From a virus (taxonomy: Duplodnaviria; Caudoviricetes), in IMG/VR virus record IMGVR_UViG_3300044518_000037, positions 11,808 to 75,807 of that record: a DNA stretch of 64,000 nt. One strand, given 5' to 3'. The position numbers and the translations under genes are program-made. The first letter of the stretch is position 1. Each line of letters begins with the position of its first letter. Positions 8,113-16,472 of this stretch are shown in pieces. The notes beneath the pieces were generated by a model. It did no database searches and was not told where the DNA came from. It worked only from the letters and a program-made list of their open reading frames with translations.

Positions 8113-8135
8113 TTGTCACTCACGCTCAGTGACAA
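8113..8135. promoter_or_regulatory. Perfect inverted repeat TTGTCACT-N7-AGTGACAA (operator-like)
   Basis: 8-bp dyad upstream of the gene at 8215. Confidence 0.5.
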
Positions 8136-8214
8136 TCTCAACCGTCAGGCCTCCGACGCCCTGCGCCGCTACGGTGTGGGGCGTTGGCCGCTCCAACCAG
8201 TGAGGAAATGCTGT

Positions 8215-8493
8215 ATGACCAACGTCATCGCGAAGTTGAAGCAGGACCCGGACTCCGGGGCGCTGACCATCACCGAGGACATCAAGGTCTCCGCGAGCAT
8301 CACCGACGGAGTGAACCGCATCGGGGTGTGGAAGGGCGACCTCTTCGCCGTCTGGGAGGTCGAGGGCCGACTGAACCCGGCGCAGGCCGAGACCGAGGCG
8401 CACAGCCGGCAGCCCGACGCCATCTACGTGTTCGCGGAGGGCAACGTTCTCTACGAGCTGGATGACGAGTACCTGGCGACCGTGAAGAGCTGA
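8215..8493 (+). CDS. Hypothetical protein, 92 aa
   Basis: ATG after GAGGA RBS within ORF 8113-8493. Confidence 0.75.
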   Translation: MTNVIAKLKQDPDSGALTITEDIKVSASITDGVNRIGVWKGDLFAVWEVEGRLNPAQAETEAHSRQPDAIYVFAEGNVLYELDDEYLATVKS

Positions 8494-8519
8494 ACAGAGA
8501 AAGTGGTGCGAAGAAGTCC

Positions 8520-8705
8520 ATGAACAAACAGGAGCTCACACCGCCCGCATCCGGTTGGAGCAGCAACACCCATCGTTACTACGCCAGCATCGCGGCCAAG
8601 CGCATCGCCTGGTGGAACCGCAACCAGGCGCAGCCTGAATCGGTTCCCGCTACCGGCGGCATCTCCCAGGGCGGACCAGCGGGCCAAGTAACGCCTCCTT
8701 GCTGA
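8520..8705 (+). CDS. Hypothetical protein, 61 aa
   Basis: Short co-oriented ORF followed by a hairpin. Confidence 0.5.
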   Translation: MNKQELTPPASGWSSNTHRYYASIAAKRIAWWNRNQAQPESVPATGGISQGGPAGQVTPPC

Positions 8706-8823
8706 GATCCGCAATGCCGCTAGTCCCCGCTTCCTCCCGAGGCGGGGGCTTTCGCCTATCTCCACCACGACGGCCGGTCCCGGTCGCTAGGCTTGGGGCC
8801 GGTCATACCAGCTAGGAGCTCTT

Positions 8824-9288
8824 GTGCCTACTCCCACCGAAACCCTTTGCTGTGCCCTCTGCCAGCAGTCGGCGACCCACACCGTTACCTGGACCGATCG
8901 CGGCTCCCTTACCCCCGCGCAGCGCTCCCTCCCTTACTGTGCTGGCCACGGCCAGCACGCCGCGAGAACACGCGGCGGCAGTCTCACCGCTGGCGTAGAC
9001 CACTCTCGTACCCCCGTCTACGTCATGGTCCATCGCTACGAGCCGACCCCTAGTCCTCTCGGTCACCAGCACACACTGATCACTGAACGGCGCATCGACG
9101 TCAAGACCGACACGATCCCCGTCGCCGCTTACCGACCGGGCCGCGCCGTCGACCCGGACGTTACCGCCTGGATCACCAAGTGCGCCGACGCCGCGCTCGC
9201 GCAGCGGGGCCGCACCCGGGACCTGCGTGACCGCTACACCGCTATCGTCAGCGTCAACAACCGCCCTCTCGCATGGGCTGACGTGTGA
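8824..9288 (+). CDS. Hypothetical protein with an N-terminal CxxC...CxxH motif
   Basis: AGGAG RBS, GTG start. Confidence 0.75.
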   Translation: MPTPTETLCCALCQQSATHTVTWTDRGSLTPAQRSLPYCAGHGQHAARTRGGSLTAGVDHSRTPVYVMVHRYEPTPSPLGHQHTLITERRIDVKTDTIPVAAYRPGRAVDPDVTAWITKCADAALAQRGRTRDLRDRYTAIVSVNNRPLAWADV

Positions 9289-9523
9289 CGTAGTCGGACC
9301 CTGCTCCGGGCCCCCGCCTCACGAGGAAGCGGGGGCCCGGCGTTTCTCGGCGGGTATCCTGCCTAGCGGGCGGCGCCGTGGTGCGCTCGTTGGGACCCGG
9401 TCGCCGCCGGGACTTGTTCCCCGGTCTGCCGGGGTTGGCCCCGAATTCTCGGGGATGAGGTCCGCGATGCGGGCCACTGATCCGCGCACAGCGCGGCTAC
9501 CTCATACCCTGAGTAAGGAGCAC

Positions 9524-9889
9524 ATGATGGAGATCAGCACCCCCCGGAAAGTCTCGGACCTGCTCGGCTTTCCGCAGCACCAGTACTACCCGGTACTGGA
9601 GATGGACCACCAGGACCGGATTGCGTCCATGGAGTGCGCGCTGCGAGGGGTCACCGTTGACGATGGCCCCATCGTCCGCTGGCCCGTGACAGGAGTGCGC
9701 AACCTAGAGCAGGCTGAGCAGCTTGCGGAGCTGCTGGAGCAGTCGGGCCAGCTTGATGTCTACGCGGCCGGCATGTACCGCGACTACGCCGGTGACGGCA
9801 ACCTGCACTGGATGCCGGACGCGGACGCGATTGCTGCGGAGATGGAGATCCAGCGCATCATCGTGGAGTTCACGGACCGGCTCATCTGA
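9524..9889 (+). CDS. Hypothetical protein, 121 aa
   Basis: ATG after AAGGAG RBS within ORF 9227-9889. Confidence 0.75.
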   Translation: MMEISTPRKVSDLLGFPQHQYYPVLEMDHQDRIASMECALRGVTVDDGPIVRWPVTGVRNLEQAEQLAELLEQSGQLDVYAAGMYRDYAGDGNLHWMPDADAIAAEMEIQRIIVEFTDRLI

Positions 9890-9996
9890 GCTGCCTCCAG
9901 GTCCCCGTTTCACCCGAAGCGGGGACCTTTGTCGTACCCCTCTGCTAGACCAGCCAAGGCAATGTCAATCATCATGAAACGAAAGGAAGTTCGAGC

Positions 9997-11172
9997 ATGG
10001 GTAGGACCTACAGGCCGTCGCACCGCATGACCGTCGCGCTCCTCAGGCTGGAGGAGCAGGAGGTCTCCCGGGAGGTGGCGGAGGATGGTTCGGTCCATAT
10101 CCGCACGTCCCGCCTCGCGGGGGTCAACCTCGGCGAGGCGGTGGACCAGAGCGAGGACGGCAGGATCAACATTCACGCTGCCACCCTGGCCGATGGGCGG
10201 GCCGTGTTCGTGGCCCTCCTGGCCCACACGGAGTCCCCGTGGATGCAGAGCGGCTCCCGGGTTGGGGGAGGGCGGCCGAGTGAGTACAAGTACGTGGCCA
10301 CCCGGGAGTTCTTCCACGGCGGCGGCAGCGGCGAAGCGTACGCTAGCGTGCAGGATCTGAAGTCCGCCCTGGGTGATCAAGCCGTTCTGAACGACTGCTA
10401 TGAGCGCGCGCGACAGCTGACGGCCGCTGCGCTTAGTGCGGCGAAGGCAGTTCAGGACGCGGCGGGCGAGCCCGCTAGCCGCGATGGCCTGTCGCGGGCT
10501 GGTTACGAGGCCGCCTGCCAGGCCATCAGCCTCGACCCGTGCCCGGAGGAGGAGGTCGACTTTTTCGGCGGGAAGGGGAGCGGGGGTGTGTACAACCACG
10601 GCTCCTACTCGGTCGAGCACATCGTGTGGATGGGACTGGTCTACAAGCGCAAGAGCGGCCAGGACTGGGAGCGTACGCAGCGTGAGACGGCAGCGATGGC
10701 GGCCGTGAAGGAGGCGGTCGGGGAGTCCGGGCCGTTGAGCCGCGCGGACTACGAAGCCGCTTGCACAGCGGCCGGCATGGCGCCTCTGTCCGATGAGCAA
10801 GTCTGCTTCGTGGTGGACGCCTCGTTCGCGCAATATCAGCCGGTGGTCGACATTCTCGCCGTCGTCCAGGGGGAGGGGCTGCTTGGGGACGCGCTCCCTA
10901 AGGTGGCGCAGCACCTTTCGGACCGACGGTACGACGGGCTGGGTGTCGAGCTCGCTGAGAAGCGAAAGGCCGATCGGGCTGAGCGGGCGGCGGCAGGTAC
11001 CGAGTTCGCTACCGAAAGGCAGGTCGACTACATCATGGAGCTCCTCGCGCAGCGAGAGCGCACCGGCGAGGGAGGAGGCTTCTTTCAGGGCCCCACCGAC
11101 CGCGCGGGGGTCGCTAATCTCTCTAAGGCCGATGCGTCGCTGTACATCACCTCGTTGAAGGATGAGTACTGA
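9997..11172 (+). CDS. Hypothetical protein, 391 aa, with an internal LSRAxYEAAC repeat and a C-terminal ATERQ...LSKxxASxxI helical module
   Basis: Long ORF, AAGGA RBS. Confidence 0.85.
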   Translation: MGRTYRPSHRMTVALLRLEEQEVSREVAEDGSVHIRTSRLAGVNLGEAVDQSEDGRINIHAATLADGRAVFVALLAHTESPWMQSGSRVGGGRPSEYKYVATREFFHGGGSGEAYASVQDLKSALGDQAVLNDCYERARQLTAAALSAAKAVQDAAGEPASRDGLSRAGYEAACQAISLDPCPEEEVDFFGGKGSGGVYNHGSYSVEHIVWMGLVYKRKSGQDWERTQRETAAMAAVKEAVGESGPLSRADYEAACTAAGMAPLSDEQVCFVVDASFAQYQPVVDILAVVQGEGLLGDALPKVAQHLSDRRYDGLGVELAEKRKADRAERAAAGTEFATERQVDYIMELLAQRERTGEGGGFFQGPTDRAGVANLSKADASLYITSLKDEY

Positions 11173-11470
11173 CGGCCCGCGCTCGTTAGGCCCTCCCTCG
11201 GAGTGAAGCGGGGGTCCGCCATGCGGGGGACTGCGGATCCGCGATCTATCCCACCTCTGCTCTTCGCCCCAGCCGGGGTGCTGACCGGGAAGCGGTACCA
11301 TGGCGGCCAGGTGCGGGCCATGGGCCTAGCTGCCGCACCGACACGAGGTTCCGTGAGAACGGTTCTCCGTCTGGACCTCCGTCATCAGCCCTGGAGGGGT
11401 CGCCAGCAACCTGCTGGCTCGTGTTCCGGCCGCGCTGCGCGGCGAGCTGCAAACCCCTCTGGAGGATTCC

Positions 11471-11686
11471 TTGTCCACTCGTCAGGTATACGACCGCCTG
11501 TTCCGCCCCGATGGCACGGAGTACACCCACAGGCTCGGGTCCGTCACGTACAGTCCGGAGACGCACAGCTGGTTCTGGACCGACACCACCGGAAACGGGA
11601 CGACACGCATGTTCGACTCGGAGGGCGACGCGGAGGACGACCTGCGGTACGCCATGTCCCTCCCCGAAGGCGAGCGGAAGTACTGA
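11471..11686 (+). CDS. Hypothetical protein, 71 aa
   Basis: GGAGG RBS, TTG start, followed by a hairpin. Confidence 0.7.
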   Translation: MSTRQVYDRLFRPDGTEYTHRLGSVTYSPETHSWFWTDTTGNGTTRMFDSEGDAEDDLRYAMSLPEGERKY

Positions 11687-11744
11687 GTCGATCCGGCCCC
11701 CGCTTCATCTCGGAGCGGGGGCTTCGTCATGTCTGGAGAGAATC

Positions 11745-12182
11745 ATGTGGAACCGCCGCGATTTGGACTACCGCCTCCGGCACGGCACGAGCCCGCCGGC
11801 GCCACCTCCACCGCCGAAGCACAAGCTCCGGGAGCACGGGGACTTCCTGCGATGCACAGCGTGCTGGGCGACGTGGCGGGACAAGGACGCCGCCAAAACT
11901 CGCAAGCAGCCGTGCTTCGAGCTTCCGGTGCCGCACGGGCACCCCTACGAGCGTCGGCACTACACGAAGTTGCGCTGGTTCCGGGGCGCGAACTTCGGCG
12001 ACGCCCTGTGCGACGAGCCCTTGTGCCGCGAGTGCGTCGGGCACGAGTGCGCCTGCGACGTGTGCACGGGAGACATTGACGTCAAGGAGATCCCCGGGAT
12101 CAACGCCGTGATCGAGGACCCGGTTTCGCACGCTCGCTACGCCCTCAACGCCGAGCAGATCGAGCGCGGCCTGGCCCGGTAG
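11745..12182 (+). CDS. Cys-rich putative zinc-binding protein
   Basis: ATG after GGAG; CTAC, PC, CDEPLCRECVGHECACDVC. Confidence 0.75.
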   Translation: MWNRRDLDYRLRHGTSPPAPPPPPKHKLREHGDFLRCTACWATWRDKDAAKTRKQPCFELPVPHGHPYERRHYTKLRWFRGANFGDALCDEPLCRECVGHECACDVCTGDIDVKEIPGINAVIEDPVSHARYALNAEQIERGLAR

Positions 12183-12251
12183 TCCGACATGCTCTGGACT
12201 GTCGGACTCAAGCCCTAGGCTCAGCCCCAACTATCCCTGAGAGGATTCACC

Positions 12252-13067
12252 ATGCCCGACGAGCCGTACACCGGCTTCGAACCCCTCCCCTACGAGACCA
12301 CGCATTCGTTGAGTCCCGCCGAGGGTGAGGCGCTGGTACGCATCGCCCAACGCTTCATGGAGGAGCACGCGCCGCTCATGGCTGCGGCGGCCGGCCTGAC
12401 CCCTAACCCTCACCGCCGGGTGGACCTGGAGACGGTCGAGGAAGGCATGGGTAACATGCCGCACCGCATCGGCATCAGCAAGCGGCCCTTCGTGTCCTCG
12501 TTCGTCGTATGTCCGACCGCTCTCGGTGCCGAGCAAGTGGACCTGTTCTTGCAGGCGGTCGGCCCGCGTGAGGGGGCCCAGTTGGTGATCGCCGCCCGGT
12601 CCTTCGCCCCCGACTTCCGCGCGGCGATCGAGGAAAAGTGGGCGCAGCCCGTCTACCTCCTGACCATGGCTGGCACGGAGCGAAAGCCGCAGTACAACGT
12701 GCTGGAAGAGGGGCCGTCCGAAGAGTTTTCGAAGGCTGAACTGGGGCCCGCGATGAAGAAGTTCATGGTCGAGATGGACGCGCACGACTTCATGCTCCTG
12801 CGAACCAATGAGGCCGAGTGGGCTGGCCAGTCGTGGCCCGACGACCGCTTCACGGTTGACGACGGTGCCCGGAAGACGAAGATCGCGCCGCACTGGAAGA
12901 AGGTCTACTTCTTCGAGCACCGCGCGGACGTCATCCTTGCCCGTGCGTTCCTCCGTGCTATCGGCGAGGGGTTCGAGGCCGGCTACGACTGGTACGAGGA
13001 TGACGGGCACGGCGGCATCGTCCCGGACCTGTACTGCATCTTCACCAACTACGAGTACGACAAGTAG
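12252..13067 (+). CDS. Hypothetical protein, 271 aa; possible degenerate restriction-endonuclease-like (Mrr-type) domain
   Basis: GAGGA RBS; LGAEQVDLFLQAV...LVIAARSFAPDFRAAIE...VYLL resembles the C-terminal half of Mrr_cat. Confidence 0.7.
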   Translation: MPDEPYTGFEPLPYETTHSLSPAEGEALVRIAQRFMEEHAPLMAAAAGLTPNPHRRVDLETVEEGMGNMPHRIGISKRPFVSSFVVCPTALGAEQVDLFLQAVGPREGAQLVIAARSFAPDFRAAIEEKWAQPVYLLTMAGTERKPQYNVLEEGPSEEFSKAELGPAMKKFMVEMDAHDFMLLRTNEAEWAGQSWPDDRFTVDDGARKTKIAPHWKKVYFFEHRADVILARAFLRAIGEGFEAGYDWYEDDGHGGIVPDLYCIFTNYEYDK

Positions 13068-13075
13068 GAGCAGCC

Positions 13076-13579
13076 ATGCCTACCACGCCGCTGCCATTCC
13101 ACGAGCTCCCGATCACCGGCATCGAGCCGCAGCCGTGGGTGTCCCAGCGAACTGTCGAGGAGCTCTCCGCGAAGCTCACGCCCCTGCTTCGGCATGAGGA
13201 GGTCGCGGAGTTCGGCTGGACGCAGGTGGCGCTTCCGCTTGAGAGCGGCCACGGGATCTGGGATGTCCGCGACGTCTGGCTGCGGACCGTCCACGACACC
13301 GGCCGTGAGCGCCACGAGCTGGCACTCTTCGCGACGGATCACCCGACGCTCGGCCGCCTCTTCCTCGATCCGGCGACGCCGCTCCGCACCCTGGCAGTTC
13401 AGCTTGATCGGACTGTTCGGGACAGCGCCTACATGTCGGCGCTCCTGGAGCTGTTCGGGACCGGTGCCTCGGTGGTCGTCAGCCGCGCCGGCATCGTGCT
13501 GGAGGAGGCTGATGACTTCCAGAAAGCCGCCGCTGTTGAACAACTCAACGCGCTGTTCAAGGGGCGCAAGCCCCAGTAG
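13076..13579 (+). CDS. Hypothetical protein, 167 aa
   Basis: AGGAG RBS directly after the upstream stop. Confidence 0.8.
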   Translation: MPTTPLPFHELPITGIEPQPWVSQRTVEELSAKLTPLLRHEEVAEFGWTQVALPLESGHGIWDVRDVWLRTVHDTGRERHELALFATDHPTLGRLFLDPATPLRTLAVQLDRTVRDSAYMSALLELFGTGASVVVSRAGIVLEEADDFQKAAAVEQLNALFKGRKPQ

Positions 13580-13677
13580 ACCCACAACCCGAGCCCCCGC
13601 TTCGGCGGGGGCTTTCGTCATTTCAGGGCTCGGCCTACGCCGGGCCCTTCGTCATGCTCGCATTCAAGGAGGTCGCC

Positions 13678-13776
13678 ATGTCGCTCAAAGTCGAGGTCGC
13701 CGTCACCATCGCCTTGTTAGCCGCCAACGCGGTCGGCCTCGCCCTGCTCGGGGCGGTTGTCCACCTGGCGAGGTAG
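13678..13776 (+). CDS. Small single-TM peptide, 32 aa (MSLKVEVAVTIALLAANAVGLALLGAVVHLAR)
   Basis: Read manually; strong AAGGAGG RBS and a hydrophobic helix. Confidence 0.7.
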   Translation: MSLKVEVAVTIALLAANAVGLALLGAVVHLAR

Positions 13777-14071
13777 CCGTTGACCAGGGCCTCTGCTTTA
13801 GGCAGGGGCTCTCGTCGTTTCATGGCGCGGCTTCGGCCCGCCGTAACCACAGGGCTGTCAACTTTTCAAGGCGATTGGCGATCTGTCACCCGCACAGGGG
13901 GCAGGCGCTGCTTGGGGGTTGGCGGCGATTTACCGTCCGAAAGGACATCGCGAGTGTCTACGAGAGGACGACATGAACAACGCAGCGCCGGCCAGCAGCT
14001 CCTGAACTGAACTTCAAGGCCCCGCTTCTTTCTGGGGCGGGGGCTTCGTTTGACACGAGGAAGGAAACGCA

Positions 14072-14674
14072 ATGCGTCAGAAAGCCAGCACTTCCCTCCA
14101 AGGAGCGTCTCTCGATGGCGCGCCGCTGGAGGAGCGCGAGGAGGGTGAAGCCGTTAGCAGGCTCACGGACCTGCTGCGCGACGCCACGTGGGAGATCGAG
14201 GACGCGCCTGAGCCTGAGGATGCCCCCAACCCCATCTGGACGGGCCTCCAGAACCGGATCACGGGGTACGAGCGGGAGCGCCGAAGGTACGAGCAGATTC
14301 TCCTGGACCTCGGAACACTGAAAGCAGCGGCTGAGGAGGCTGAAGACAAGGACCGGTTCCGCAAGCTCGCCCTTCTCGGGATGGACTGGAGGATTGACGG
14401 CCTGGAGAACCAGCTGGCCGTTCTCCAGCAGACGGAGTCCCAAAACCGTGCGCTGCTGGAACAGATCATTCGGATGATCAACTCCAACTCGACCAACGAG
14501 TCGATGGTCGGGAAGGCTCTCCGGATTGTCCGAGCGGAGAACGCGCGTGTCCTTGCCTCAGCCGGAGAGGGGGTCGAACGGGGTGGCGGCCGTCAGGGGC
14601 GCTCGGCGAAGGGTGGTCGTTCGCATGGAGGTCAGAGGCCGGGGCGGCAGGCCGAAGCGGGAGATGAGCGCTGA
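14072..14674 (+). CDS. Coiled-coil hypothetical protein, 200 aa
   Basis: AGGAAGG RBS; heptad-rich E/L/R composition. Confidence 0.75.
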   Translation: MRQKASTSLQGASLDGAPLEEREEGEAVSRLTDLLRDATWEIEDAPEPEDAPNPIWTGLQNRITGYERERRRYEQILLDLGTLKAAAEEAEDKDRFRKLALLGMDWRIDGLENQLAVLQQTESQNRALLEQIIRMINSNSTNESMVGKALRIVRAENARVLASAGEGVERGGGRQGRSAKGGRSHGGQRPGRQAEAGDER

Positions 14675-14892
14675 TGAATCTCGCGGGCTACCGCGTCAGG
14701 CCCCGCCGCTTCTACGAGGGCAACCGTGTGGTCTGCGAAGTGGGGGACGGCCCGGACCTGTTCGGTGAGGTGGTCGACTTCGATGGCCCGAACCCGCTGG
14801 TTCTCGTCGACGGAGCCGCCGAACCGGAGCCGTACGCGGCCGAGGATCTGCTCCTGACAGCTGGCAACTACCCGGCTAGCTGGAGCGAATAG
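14674..14892 (+). CDS. Small hypothetical protein, possibly an SH3-like beta fold
   Basis: TGATG-coupled to the upstream gene. Confidence 0.65.
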   Translation: MNLAGYRVRPRRFYEGNRVVCEVGDGPDLFGEVVDFDGPNPLVLVDGAAEPEPYAAEDLLLTAGNYPASWSE

Positions 14893-14898
14893 CACGCA

Positions 14899-14939
14899 AA
14901 GGCCGGGGCGGTAGGAAGTCTCTTTCCGCCTCGGCCTTT
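14899..14939. terminator. Bidirectional terminator between the converging arms
   Basis: AAAGGCCGGGGCGG...CCGCCTCGGCCTTT with A/T tracts on both sides. Confidence 0.75.
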
Positions 14940-14990
14940 GCGCTGATCACAGGAGGTCCGGAGCTTGAGGCCGTCGAGCGAGTAGCTCCC

Positions 14991-16472
14991 TCACTCCACC
15001 ACCTCCGCGTCCACCACTCCGAGCTGGCCGAGGGCTTCCTCTGCTGACACTGTCCCCGCCGGGCTCAAGGCGGGGACCCCCCCGGCCTTCTCTCCGAAGA
15101 GTCGACTGAGGAGCCCGACCTGGGCCTCGCCCTTCTGTTGGACCCGCATCGTCAGGCTGAAACCGGCTTCTTCGATCTCAGATTTCAGCTTTACGTATTT
15201 CGCCAGCCGGTCCATTTCCTGGCTCAAGTTCGGGTCGGCGTAGCCGCCCTCAACCTCCTCTGACATGCGCATACTGAAGACTCTTGCTGCCTGCATGGTG
15301 ATGAGCGAGTCCAGGAGCGCGACATATTGTTCCTTGGTCCTGACCTTGATCGGGATCTCGTAGGCGCAGGATTCCCCGGGCCGGTACTCGGGGCATTTGC
15401 GTGCGAGGAAGCAGGCGTCACACGTCCGGATGTTGAGGTCGACCGCCGTGGCGCGGTACTCCGTCCGGCTCTTCCGTTCACCGTCATCGGGGTCTGTGTA
15501 CCGATGCGTGAACGCTTCCATTTCGAGTCCGGGAAGCACTCGCTTGGCCCGGCCAACGGGGGGTGAAGTTACCCCCTCGTTCCCCGTTTCTGAGGTTGTC
15601 ACCTCAACTCCCCTCCCAGTACTTTCCGCACTTCCCGATTTGCTCTCATCCGGGCTCGCAGCTACTCCCTCGCCATGGCGCTGCGAAATGAACGCGATCT
15701 GCTGCTGCCACGACCACAGGCTGAGTCGAAGATTCTCGGTCGGGTCGTCCTGCTCGATCAGCGCCGGATCCAGGCCAATTCTCTCGAAAAGGGTCCTGTG
15801 CCGTTTTCGCGCCTGGCCCTTGTAGCGGTTCGGATAGCGCTTCAACTCTCGGCCGGCCCACACGAAGGTCTCGCCGTGCTGGGCCGCCGACAACCACGTG
15901 GTGCTCGTGAGGGAATGCCAGTCGGCCGCGAGCATCAGTGGCGGGCTGCTGAATCCCATGCCGTGAAGTCGCCGGTTTCGGGAGAGTGATCGCAGGATCG
16001 GCACGATGTCCCGGTCCCCGCACGTTCCCTGCCCTACCGCGATGTAGGGGTACTTGTCCGCCATTCTGCGGAGTTCATCGACCCCCCATTCCTCGTGCCA
16101 TACGACGATGGATTTCTCGGGGTCCAGCGCGGATCGACGCTCCTCGATCCATTCCCTTCCCATAGCAAGAGCGTCGAACTCGGTATACACCTCAATGGCG
16201 TCAAGGTTCTGAGCGATGAAGGAGTCGTAGCGTTCCGCGATCTCGCTGATCTCGCTCTGCGCAACTTCGACGCCCTCCCGGTTCAACGTGTGGCACCCAG
16301 AGTCGATCAGCACCGCCTGCCCGGCTGAGAAATTCTCGGAAACCAGCCATACATCCGTGCGCTTGGTGCGCCGGCGGAGTCCCATGTACGAGAGGGCGAC
16401 GTGCGGTATTTCGAGCCGTCCAAGGAGTTGGCGGTGACTGGGGATTTCAGCGCCGCCGTAGAACATCTTCAT
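14991..16472 (-). CDS. TGT/DpdA-like (queuine tRNA-ribosyltransferase-like) TIM-barrel protein with a C-terminal Cys-rich domain
   Basis: LIDSGCHT, EFD, IVVWH, YIAVG, LHGMG, STTW motifs in TGT-like order; CDAC...C...C zinc motif. Confidence 0.7.
   Translation of the reverse strand: MKMFYGGAEIPSHRQLLGRLEIPHVALSYMGLRRRTKRTDVWLVSENFSAGQAVLIDSGCHTLNREGVEVAQSEISEIAERYDSFIAQNLDAIEVYTEFDALAMGREWIEERRSALDPEKSIVVWHEEWGVDELRRMADKYPYIAVGQGTCGDRDIVPILRSLSRNRRLHGMGFSSPPLMLAADWHSLTSTTWLSAAQHGETFVWAGRELKRYPNRYKGQARKRHRTLFERIGLDPALIEQDDPTENLRLSLWSWQQQIAFISQRHGEGVAASPDESKSGSAESTGRGVEVTTSETGNEGVTSPPVGRAKRVLPGLEMEAFTHRYTDPDDGERKSRTEYRATAVDLNIRTCDACFLARKCPEYRPGESCAYEIPIKVRTKEQYVALLDSLITMQAARVFSMRMSEEVEGGYADPNLSQEMDRLAKYVKLKSEIEEAGFSLTMRVQQKGEAQVGLLSRLFGEKAGGVPALSPAGTVSAEEALGQLGVVDAEVVE

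Larger units (their letters stand above)
8722..14050 (+). repeat. Family of seven related GC hairpins (consensus CCCCGCTTC-loop-G(A)GCGGGG) at about 8722, 9306, 9899, 11189, 11695, 13591 and 14016; probable terminators
   Basis: Each lies just after a stop codon; several end in GCTT(T)CGT. Confidence 0.75.

Noticed and set aside
9910-11301. Long antisense/shadow ORFs (for example 9910-11301, 33674-35395, 3709-4770, 4825-5985, 16505-17500)
   Set aside because: They overlap better-supported genes on the other strand, are R/G/P-rich and lack motifs; typical high-GC artefacts
11340-11425. tRNA gene
   Set aside because: No TTC T-loop, no canonical D-loop or anticodon arm; kept only as a low-confidence structured RNA
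8722-14050. Repeated hairpins as a CRISPR array or REP elements
   Set aside because: Copies are separated by whole genes at irregular spacing and vary in sequence; kept only as a terminator/cassette family
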